Assembly (NCBI GenBank): GCA_903902315.1
Contig: CAIUUK010000013.1
Location: 1-62,089, forward strand
Direction of reading: 5' to 3'
From: an uncultured bacterium
GTDB taxonomy: Bacteria; Patescibacteriota; Minisyncoccia; Phycocordibacterales; PALSA-1337
DNA length: 62,089 nucleotides
The notes beneath the pieces are model-generated. The model ran no database searches. It worked only from the letters and a program-made list of their open reading frames with translations, and was not told where the DNA came from. How positions within the stretch are numbered: the first letter of the stretch is position 1; the number at the start of each line of letters is the position of its first letter. Positions 10,011-17,046 of this stretch are shown one piece after another. The translations under genes and the position numbers were made by a program.

Positions 10011-10044
10011 ATTAAAAAGAACCGCCAGAATTAAATTCTAGCGG
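10011..10044 (-). terminator. Rho-independent terminator of the 10065-11336 gene
   Basis: CCGCCAGAAT / ATTCTAGCGG stem with 9 of 10 bp paired, followed on the reverse strand by TTCTTTTT. Confidence 0.5.
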
Positions 10045-10064
10045 CTCGTGAGAACTAAATGTGA

Positions 10065-11336
10065 TCAATGCCTTGGGAAGGGCTTGCACACTTTCGCTTT
10101 TGCAGCATTGAAGCTGAGGCGAAATTTGTGAACCAATGGCTGTTTGAATGCCACAGGCACCGTAGACAGGTCAACTTTTTTGGGAAGTCGGTCTGTATTC
10201 AGTGTATCCCTCAACCATTGGAAGTAGAGTGGCTTTTGTTTACCAACACTAATTTGCCGACGTTGAGTTGTTTCCGTATCCCACTGTGTTCGGATATAAT
10301 CACCTGTTTTTTCAACGAAGTGAAGACGGATCAAACTTCGCAGAAGTGTGCAACCACAAAAGATTACAATTACACCGACGGCAAACACCACAATCCACAG
10401 TCCTTTATCCTTCCAAAATGCCTCCAAGATTATATCGAGAAGTGTATAAAACAATAGACCAAAGACTGCAATCATCAAAACCGCGGAGCCAGTAATCGGA
10501 TAATATTTTTCTTTTCCGTGTTCACGGTCCCAAACACCGTAGTCGTAACCACGAGTTATATCCCAGTCAACCTGACCAGGATTCCAACTGTGCCAATCCC
10601 AAATGATGTCGAAATCATTGAAGATAGGTTCGGATCGCCAACCAAGGAAGTTTGCCGTCGTTTTTGCTGTGATTAACCAAATGGACGACATTGTTGCCCA
10701 GAGGTATTTTGCAATCACCGCCACAACAAACCAAATAATTGGTTTGAGGCTGAATGCAAAAAACAGCCGTTTTCGGTAGCTGCATTGGTCAGTGGGTTCG
10801 TAACGATGCCAAAGATTAGCCCAGTTCCAGACCCACGATTTCGGTTTCGTTGCAAAGAGTTCTTTTGGTAGACTGATAGTTTTGGTGAAAACCGCAACCA
10901 CATAGCAAGCATCATCTCCATGTTCGAATGATATGCCATGTGTATCGGTATTTCCATTGAGGTCAACATAGTAACAGTAACACCCCGGACGATGTTCCTT
11001 GAGATAGACTTCCATCTTATTCTCGATCACTTGAGAACCGAGACTTGACTTGAGTGCAATGAAAGTCACCGTATGCTTCCCAGCCGAATCGAAACAAATA
11101 AAATCTGAACCGCGGGAAAGCGGAATCAGTTTACGAATTCCATAGCAAGGCTTAGTCTCCGATTCATGCTGGATAATGACCAGAACATGCGTCGGTTGGA
11201 TTTCAGCCAGAGCGTTGTTCACACCGAATTGAATCGGAATGCGTGCAGATTCCAGCACGTCGCTACCACCGTTGAGGATTACTGACAGCTTAGGCTCAGT
11301 AGCCAAAGCACTATTAGTTGTAGTGTTTTTGTTCAT
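10065..11336 (-). CDS. Multi-pass membrane protein with an N-terminal soluble domain, 423 aa (element cargo)
   Basis: The start was set at the MNKNTTTNS Met at 11336, which has AAGGA 8 nt upstream. It has several hydrophobic segments and a Trp-rich loop (DIIWDWHSWNPGQVDWD). No family was recognised. Confidence 0.6.
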   Translation of the reverse strand: MNKNTTTNSALATEPKLSVILNGGSDVLESARIPIQFGVNNALAEIQPTHVLVIIQHESETKPCYGIRKLIPLSRGSDFICFDSAGKHTVTFIALKSSLGSQVIENKMEVYLKEHRPGCYCYYVDLNGNTDTHGISFEHGDDACYVVAVFTKTISLPKELFATKPKSWVWNWANLWHRYEPTDQCSYRKRLFFAFSLKPIIWFVVAVIAKYLWATMSSIWLITAKTTANFLGWRSEPIFNDFDIIWDWHSWNPGQVDWDITRGYDYGVWDREHGKEKYYPITGSAVLMIAVFGLLFYTLLDIILEAFWKDKGLWIVVFAVGVIVIFCGCTLLRSLIRLHFVEKTGDYIRTQWDTETTQRRQISVGKQKPLYFQWLRDTLNTDRLPKKVDLSTVPVAFKQPLVHKFRLSFNAAKAKVCKPFPRH

Positions 11337-11439
11337 AATTATTCCTTTTTCAAATGCTGATATACGATACCAGCTTACAATTTTGCTAAATACTAGCATA
11401 TAATACATAGCTTTGTCAAGTTTGTGCGGTTCAGTCAAG

Positions 11440-11760
11440 TACGTGTCATTTGTGGCTCAATGTGGCTGTATATATGGTTCGTCATTCGCGTCCAAGCGGT
11501 GCATGGTCGCGGTCACGGAAGCGCGGGGATGTCCGCTTCTTCTATAGCGGTTTGTTCGCGCTTAGCGCATATTGACATGATGTAGCGCACACGATTGCGA
11601 AGCAATGGTGGAAAGCGCGAAGTCATGTGGATATGCGCGTTAAAAGCGCGCCACATACTCTCTTGGAAGCGGACATGCAAAGCGCTTCCATTGTCTGTTC
11701 AACACTACAGGATATATACGCGACCACGCTCGGCTTGGCGCGCCACTCACTCAAAATCCC
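11440..11760. other. G+C-rich, hairpin-dense non-coding hub; candidate origin or single-strand origin
   Basis: No credible ORF. There are many AGCGC/GCGCG motifs. Hairpins include GAAGCG...CGCTTC at 11518-11540 and TGGAAGCG...CGCTTCCA at 11664-11690. ATGTCCGCTTC at 11529-11539 is an inverted repeat of GAAGCGGACAT at 11666-11676. Confidence 0.35.
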
Positions 11761-11788
11761 TTGACTTCATTTTAGACAGGAATATAAT
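11761..11788 (+). promoter_or_regulatory. Near-consensus sigma70-type promoter facing the Rep and recombinase genes
   Basis: TTGACT at 11761-11766, a 16-nt spacer, then TATAAT at 11783-11788. Confidence 0.5.
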
Positions 11789-12057
11789 TGTGACAGGTAC
11801 AGAGCTCTCTGATTTGAACTGCACAACTTAATCTAAATAAATTTAATAATAAATAAGTCCTTTTTTAGGCACTAGCAGCATCGGTAGCCATCATTGAATG
11901 GCATCCCTCTTTTTCAAATACCGGCTAGATACATACATAATATAAATAATCATAATAAATATCAGTGCTTTAAAATAGGAACTTCGTAAAAGGGTTCTTT
12001 TTTCGTTTGTTTCTTTTTTGTCCATCTCACAGTCTTTTCCTGTACCTAATTACTTAG

Positions 12058-12279
12058 GTGCCTTTTACATTCTCCAAAAGTTTAATACAAGACTGCATCA
12101 AGAACTTCAAAGAAGAAAATGAGGTCGACATTTCTGCTGAAACAGCCAATGAATATTTGAACAATATGGCTGGTTTGTATTTGGCATTTACGGAAAAGCG
12201 TACCGACCCGACCGCTTTAGCGGTGGGCGGGACGCTTCCGATCGACGGTGACTTAACCCTAGGTGTTAGTAACACCTAG
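12058..12279 (+). CDS. Small hypothetical protein, 73 aa, GTG start
   Basis: ORF-track ORF immediately upstream of Rep. Its stop lies inside the 12257-12281 palindrome. Coding status is uncertain. Confidence 0.3.
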   Translation: MPFTFSKSLIQDCIKNFKEENEVDISAETANEYLNNMAGLYLAFTEKRTDPTALAVGGTLPIDGDLTLGVSNT

Positions 12280-12281
12280 GG
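12257..12281 (+). promoter_or_regulatory. Perfect 12+12 inverted repeat just upstream of Rep; candidate nick-site/double-strand-origin hairpin or terminator
   Basis: CCCTAGGTGTTA g TAACACCTAGGG, 19 nt before the Rep ATG. It is followed by the small palindrome GCAAATTGC at 12288-12296. Confidence 0.4.
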
Positions 12282-12299
12282 TACGTTGCAAATTGCACC

Positions 12300-13343
12300 A
12301 TGATAGACACTATTAAATTCTTAATACCGATGACTGACATCGATCTTGTCGAGCAGTTAAAGAGTAACCTTCAGAGGTTTCGAAAGGATGATCTTCGCAC
12401 TGGCAAAATGGAGTTTGAATTTTTCAGTAGTAATATTGAGCTCGGTTCATATCGTAGGACGGTAGCCATAAAATCGACCAATGTCCCACAAGGATTCTTT
12501 ATTGAATTTTCTGTGCCAAAGTATGCCAAAGGAAATAACGTGGAGATGATATATCCGCATGAGCTTCCAGATATCATAGCGCGACTATACGATGAACTAT
12601 GCACCCACATGAATTACAAACTCCTCCATTATTCAGAGTGGCCAATATATCGTCTGGACGTCTGCTACAACTGGCTTTTCAAGAATGAGAATGAAGCCGT
12701 ATATGCCATGGACTTCTTGAGACGTATCGATTTTCCTCGAAAGAAAAAATACACTTACGACACTTCGGTCATGTTCAAAGGCAGTGTGTACACGGTGAAA
12801 TTCTATGCCAAAGGTTCTGAATTCAAAGCACATGATTTTGACAAGATTGAGCTCAATCGGGCTATGACATTACAGATGTGGGCTGATCGAATAGTTAGAT
12901 TCGAAGTCAATTTGAAAAGGGTTTACCTTCAAGATTTTTTTGGATTGGATACAGTATATTTGAAAGATGTTACTGATGATCAGACCATAGAAGACATATT
13001 GAAATACTTTCTAGAAGAAAAGGTCTTCTTTTACCTCAACGCCAACAGTATGACCGATGAAAACATCAAGCAGATCCTATTCGAGAACTTCACCAAGACC
13101 AAGGCGACTAGACTTTACCAATTTTACAAGGATTATTACTTCAATGAGGAGATGAAAAATATGTTTGTGCGGGGTGGCCTCAACCGAAGTACGATTTATA
13201 GATATTCAAAAGATTTGAAAGAGGTTGGCATAGGTATTTCAATCGAAAAAACATCTAACAATAAAAATATTTTAGAGCAATTGATCATCCCATCACCCAC
13301 TTCCAAATTTGATTTATTTGATTATTCGTTAGGGCAGGTATAA
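12300..13343 (+). CDS. Rolling-circle replication initiator, filamentous-phage gene II / CRI-like
   Basis: MIDTIKFLIPM... N-terminus and RIVRFEVNLKRVYLQDFFGL resemble f1 gene II as I recall it (MIDMLVLRLPF..., GLVRFEARIKTRYLKSFGL). The size is consistent at 347 aa. Confidence 0.6.
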   Translation: MIDTIKFLIPMTDIDLVEQLKSNLQRFRKDDLRTGKMEFEFFSSNIELGSYRRTVAIKSTNVPQGFFIEFSVPKYAKGNNVEMIYPHELPDIIARLYDELCTHMNYKLLHYSEWPIYRLDVCYNWLFKNENEAVYAMDFLRRIDFPRKKKYTYDTSVMFKGSVYTVKFYAKGSEFKAHDFDKIELNRAMTLQMWADRIVRFEVNLKRVYLQDFFGLDTVYLKDVTDDQTIEDILKYFLEEKVFFYLNANSMTDENIKQILFENFTKTKATRLYQFYKDYYFNEEMKNMFVRGGLNRSTIYRYSKDLKEVGIGISIEKTSNNKNILEQLIIPSPTSKFDLFDYSLGQV

Positions 13344-13354
13344 AATTATCCATC

Positions 13355-14842
13355 ATGAAATATATTGCGTACTACAGAAAATCCACAGAAGCAGAAGATA
13401 GACAACTTCTGTCATTGGACTCGCAAGAACGAGAGGCTCTTTCACTTGCTGAAAAACACAATCTACTCATCACCAAAACATTCAAAGAGAGCATGTCTGC
13501 CAAGTCATCTGGTCGTCCTCTATTCAACGAAATGATGAAAATGATTCAATCTGGTAAAGCTGATAGCATTGTCTGCTGGAAACTTGATCGCCTCGCCAGA
13601 AACTTCATTGATGGTGGTCTCATCATTGATCTACTTCAAAGAGGTATCATCAAGGAGATACAGACTTCAGAGGGCGTGCACAAACAAGGTGATGACGTCA
13701 TGCTCATGGCTATCAAATTTGGTATGGCTAATCAATACAGCAGGAATCTAAGCGTCGACGTCAAACGAGGCAACAGAGAAAAGCTATCTCGCGGAGGATG
13801 GCCAAATCGTGCTCCTCTTGGATTCTTAAACGACAAAGCGAACAGGACATTGGTTATTGATCCAACACGCGCAAAATATATACCACGGGCTTTTGAGCTT
13901 TACCTCACTGGCTCTCATGGCTTTAAAGATATTTCAATTATTCTTTACAATGAAGGATTTAGAACCAGAACAGATAAAATTGTCGACAAAAGCTATATTC
14001 AAAGGATTCTTTCATCTATTTTCTACACTGGTATCATGGAACGCGAGGGCAAATTCTATCAAGGTAACCACACGCCACTCATCTCAAAAGAAACATTCGA
14101 AAGGGCTCAGGACGTCATGAATAACCGCTCACATCCGAAACCACAACGACTATTCTTTCCACTTCGTGGATTCATGAAATGTGAAAACTGTGGTTGTGCT
14201 TTAACTGCTTCACTTAAAAAAGGTCATCACTATTACTACTGCACCGGTAATAGAAAAGAATGTGAGGAACACAAAAGCTACATGCGAGAAAATTATCTAT
14301 ATGAAAAAGTATCCGACATTTTTGAGGGGATTGCATTTAGTGAAAGTAAAATTGAACTCATGTATCAAGCCGCCAAGGAAAAGAGTAACAATGATAGCGC
14401 ATACAGTGATCACGTATTACAGAGGCTTCAGACACAGCTAAACTCGCTCAAGACGAAAGAATCTCTCTTACTCGATACTTTCCTCGCTGAACAAATTTCA
14501 AAGGAATTATATGACAGTAAAATGCTTAGACTGCACAATGAGAAAATCGTACTTGAAAAGCAGATTTCAGAAGCCAGATCCAAACAACCAGTCAATGTGT
14601 TGGAACCGACAAAGAAAGTATTTCTAGAAGCCAGTAGAGCCAGGAATGAGTTTCTCACTGGTAATGATCTCAAAAAACGAAATGTTCTAGAAAATCTCTG
14701 TTGGAACCTTTCCATCAAAGAGAAAAATATTCATACAGTTAGCCTCAAAAGTCCTTTTGACCTTATGCTAAAAACACCTAAATACGCCTCTTTCGAACTA
14801 TTGTGCGCCCAGTTGGATTCGAACCAACGACCCACTCCTTAA
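13355..14842 (+). CDS. Large serine recombinase
   Basis: Resolvase-type N-terminus YYRKSTEAEDRQLLSLDSQ...WKLDRLARN, a recombinase domain, and a Cys-rich zinc ribbon CENCGC...YYYC followed by a coiled coil. The last 39 nt overlap tRNA-Lys antisense. Confidence 0.9.
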   Translation: MKYIAYYRKSTEAEDRQLLSLDSQEREALSLAEKHNLLITKTFKESMSAKSSGRPLFNEMMKMIQSGKADSIVCWKLDRLARNFIDGGLIIDLLQRGIIKEIQTSEGVHKQGDDVMLMAIKFGMANQYSRNLSVDVKRGNREKLSRGGWPNRAPLGFLNDKANRTLVIDPTRAKYIPRAFELYLTGSHGFKDISIILYNEGFRTRTDKIVDKSYIQRILSSIFYTGIMEREGKFYQGNHTPLISKETFERAQDVMNNRSHPKPQRLFFPLRGFMKCENCGCALTASLKKGHHYYYCTGNRKECEEHKSYMRENYLYEKVSDIFEGIAFSESKIELMYQAAKEKSNNDSAYSDHVLQRLQTQLNSLKTKESLLLDTFLAEQISKELYDSKMLRLHNEKIVLEKQISEARSKQPVNVLEPTKKVFLEASRARNEFLTGNDLKKRNVLENLCWNLSIKEKNIHTVSLKSPFDLMLKTPKYASFELLCAQLDSNQRPTP

Positions 14843-14876
14843 AAGGGAGTTGCTCTACCAGCTGAGCTATGGGCGC
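14804..14876 (-). tRNA. tRNA-Lys (anticodon TTT)
   Basis: Hand fold: GCGCCCA/TGGGCGC acceptor, GCTC/GAGC D stem, ACTCC/GGAGT anticodon stem with loop CTTTTAA, GTTGG-TTCGAAT-CCAAC T arm. CCA is not encoded. Confidence 0.9.
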
Positions 14877-14904
14877 GAAAACTAATTATTGATACCTACC
14901 AAAA

Positions 14905-14991
14905 CAGCTATGGGCGCAAGCGAGGAAAAATCACGAGCGTCATACGCTCGTAGTTATTCCGAGCGTAGCGCCTATATGGATATATGGGCGC
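14905..14991 (-). repeat. Degenerate copies of the tRNA-Lys 5' end upstream of the tRNA
   Basis: AGCTATGGGCGC at 14906-14917 is identical to 14865-14876. Similarity extends through TGGTAG of the D arm. A third copy, ATGGGCGC, lies at 14984-14991. The hairpin ACGAGCGT-cat-ACGCTCGT lies between them. Confidence 0.6.
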
Positions 14992-15052
14992 AAAGACGAT
15001 GCATGAAACTATACTTATTTTTCTGACTTAAAGCAAGTGGATGTGCAAGTTT

Positions 15053-15421
15053 TTAAATATGCAAATCATAAGCAAGCAATCCTGGTCCCATAAAGATAAC
15101 CGCAACTGCCATTGTCAAAAGGAGAATATAATAGTTGATACCATCTGTTAAAAATGCTCCATCACGAATTTTGAATCCAAGTTTGATTACGAGGATGACT
15201 GCATTGAGGAGAGCCGCGAGTTGAGTGAAGAGACCTATTACGAGGAAGATGCCTACAATTATTTCTACAAAACCATAAGCTTTGGCATTACTGCCAGAAC
15301 TGTTACCTTTCATTAAAGTTTTACGATAACCGAAATATACAAGAGTAATACCGAGCAAGAGACGGATGAGCAAAGGACCGACTTGTTCATACGCGAGAAG
15401 TGATGGAAATAAAGAAAGCAT
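15053..15421 (-). CDS. DoxX-family membrane protein
   Basis: Four-TM 122-aa protein with LIRLLLGITLVYFGYRK, typical of DoxX. Confidence 0.75.
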   Translation of the reverse strand: MLSLFPSLLAYEQVGPLLIRLLLGITLVYFGYRKTLMKGNSSGSNAKAYGFVEIIVGIFLVIGLFTQLAALLNAVILVIKLGFKIRDGAFLTDGINYYILLLTMAVAVIFMGPGLLAYDLHI

Positions 15422-15457
15422 GTTGATTGTTGTATTAGGTTAAGTTACTGTAATGTC

Positions 15458-15970
15458 ATGATAGCAGAAAAGATGTCAAAAAAGCGAGAAGCATATTTGT
15501 TACTAGATAACATTCGTAGCGTTCACAATGTTGGATCTATATTTAGAACGGCCGAAACTCTAGGTATTTCAAAGATATATTGTGTCGGTACAACACCTAC
15601 ACCGCTTGATCGTTTTAATAATAAAAGACCTGATTTTGCAAAAGTGTCACTTGGTGCAGAAGATAGTGTTGTTTGGGAATATGTCGAAGTTGGCGATGAA
15701 TTGTCTTTGCTTAAAAAACTAAAAAAGACAGGTGCAAAAATTGTTGCTTTGGAACAATCGACTGGATCTATGGATTATAAACAAATAAGTCTTTCCTCGT
15801 CTTCAAAAAATAAAGTTGTAATCATTCTTGGTAATGAAGTCGAAGGTGTTTCAAAACCAATTCTAGAATTGGTTGATGTAATTGCAGAGATTCCAATGAG
15901 AGGAGAGAAGGAGTCTTTAAATGTATCTGTTTCTGCTGGAATATTTCTCTATAGGCTATTAGATAATTAG
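15458..15970 (+). CDS. SpoU/TrmH-family RNA 2'-O-methyltransferase
   Basis: SPOUT motifs NVGSIFRTAE, ILGNEVEGVS and IPMRGEKESLNVSVSAGIFLY. Confidence 0.85.
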   Translation: MIAEKMSKKREAYLLLDNIRSVHNVGSIFRTAETLGISKIYCVGTTPTPLDRFNNKRPDFAKVSLGAEDSVVWEYVEVGDELSLLKKLKKTGAKIVALEQSTGSMDYKQISLSSSSKNKVVIILGNEVEGVSKPILELVDVIAEIPMRGEKESLNVSVSAGIFLYRLLDN

Positions 15971-16990
15971 AACACTAGATTTAGTGGTTTTAGAGGTCTG
16001 ACCTCTTAGTTTCTGATGAACTGGACAGAAGTGAGCACTTCTACCACCGACTATCTTTCTCTGAATTATTCCCACACAAGTTCTGGCAGATTTTCCTGAA
16101 TCAGCTATAAATGAGCACGCCTGACCCTTTTTTCTATAAACTTGGTGATGTTCCTGAAATTTACCTTTCTCACCGTCAACATTTCTATAATCAGACATAG
16201 AATCTCCACCAAAATCTATGCCTTTTTTGAGAACTTTTAAGATTTCAGCGTAAAGTTTTTTCAGTGATAATTCAGAGATATTTCGCACTTTTTCTTCTGG
16301 ATGAATACTGCTACGCCAGAGAGCTTCATCACTATAAATATTTCCAATTCCCGAAATAATAGTCTGATCCATTAATACAGTCTTTATTTTTCCATTTGGT
16401 TTTTGACTGAGCTGGGTTTTGAAAACAGAGAAAGTAAACTTATTATCTAGCGGTTCAGGACCAAGGTTTTTTAGGTGAATTGATTGCTCGTCAACTAATG
16501 TCACTTTGGCAAATTTTCTTGTATCAGAAAGGACAAGGTTCTGGCCATCCGAGAGTGTCAGTACAAAATGGATAAATCGATTGTAAGGATCATGAAGAGC
16601 CTTTCTCTCGTCTGGAACAGGTGACCAGTGTTCTTTGGTGCTCCCATTTTTATTGCCACTTTTCTTATTCAAAACATATTTTCCAATCATGACATGACCA
16701 GTCATTTTCATGTGAATAAGAACGGTATTTCTAGACACACCTTTTGTGTAGAGAGTATTTTTTGTTGGTTCTAGATGAATCAGTATATTTTTTGCGCGTC
16801 TAGAGACCCTGATAATTTTTCTGTTGAGGACCTCTTTTTTGAAATACTTAAAATACTCAGGATCTTTGATAGTGTCAGAGCCTTTGAAATAGGGGCTATT
16901 ATAATCAGTCCAAACATCAGCGATAGTTAAGCCGACGATTGTTCTGGTTAGTCCAGTAACGGTTGTTTGAACTTCTGGTAATTCAGGCAT
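15959..16990 (-). CDS. mutM: Formamidopyrimidine-DNA glycosylase (Fpg/MutM), with insertions
   Basis: MPELPEVQT N-terminus with catalytic Pro2, an H2TH region (GIGNIYSDEALW) and a C-terminal zinc-finger region. Confidence 0.9.
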   Translation of the reverse strand: MPELPEVQTTVTGLTRTIVGLTIADVWTDYNSPYFKGSDTIKDPEYFKYFKKEVLNRKIIRVSRRAKNILIHLEPTKNTLYTKGVSRNTVLIHMKMTGHVMIGKYVLNKKSGNKNGSTKEHWSPVPDERKALHDPYNRFIHFVLTLSDGQNLVLSDTRKFAKVTLVDEQSIHLKNLGPEPLDNKFTFSVFKTQLSQKPNGKIKTVLMDQTIISGIGNIYSDEALWRSSIHPEEKVRNISELSLKKLYAEILKVLKKGIDFGGDSMSDYRNVDGEKGKFQEHHQVYRKKGQACSFIADSGKSARTCVGIIQRKIVGGRSAHFCPVHQKLRGQTSKTTKSSVLII

Positions 16991-17046
16991 AAGGGAATAG
17001 TAAACTGTAAATAGTAATCAGTAAACAGGGAAATGGGTTATAATAT

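Larger units (their letters stand above)
9263..14803. mobile_element. Integrated element next to tRNA-Lys: two cargo genes, structured non-coding hub, RCR Rep, large serine recombinase
   Basis: Rep and recombinase genes abut the 3' end of tRNA-Lys. GAACTATT occurs at 9255-9262 and 14795-14802 as a possible core repeat. The left border is tentative. Confidence 0.5.

Noticed and set aside
11440-11760. RNase P RNA or another housekeeping RNA as the explanation for the G+C-rich patch
   Set aside because: Neither strand contains the conserved RNase P CR-I/CR-V sequences. The location inside a mobile element between divergent promoters fits an origin or regulatory region better.
11595-11831. 78-aa ORF (MRSNGGKREVMW...) from the ORF track
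   Set aside because: It lies entirely within the palindrome-rich non-coding hub. It is Arg/Cys/Trp-rich as expected from translating GC-rich repeats, and it spans the TTGACT/TATAAT promoter. It was judged non-coding.
9255-14876. Inovirus (filamentous phage) prophage
   Set aside because: A gene II-like Rep is present. However, there is no Zot/pI-like assembly ATPase, no small hydrophobic major-coat-type ORF cluster and no secretin. It is treated as a plasmid-like integrative replicon instead.
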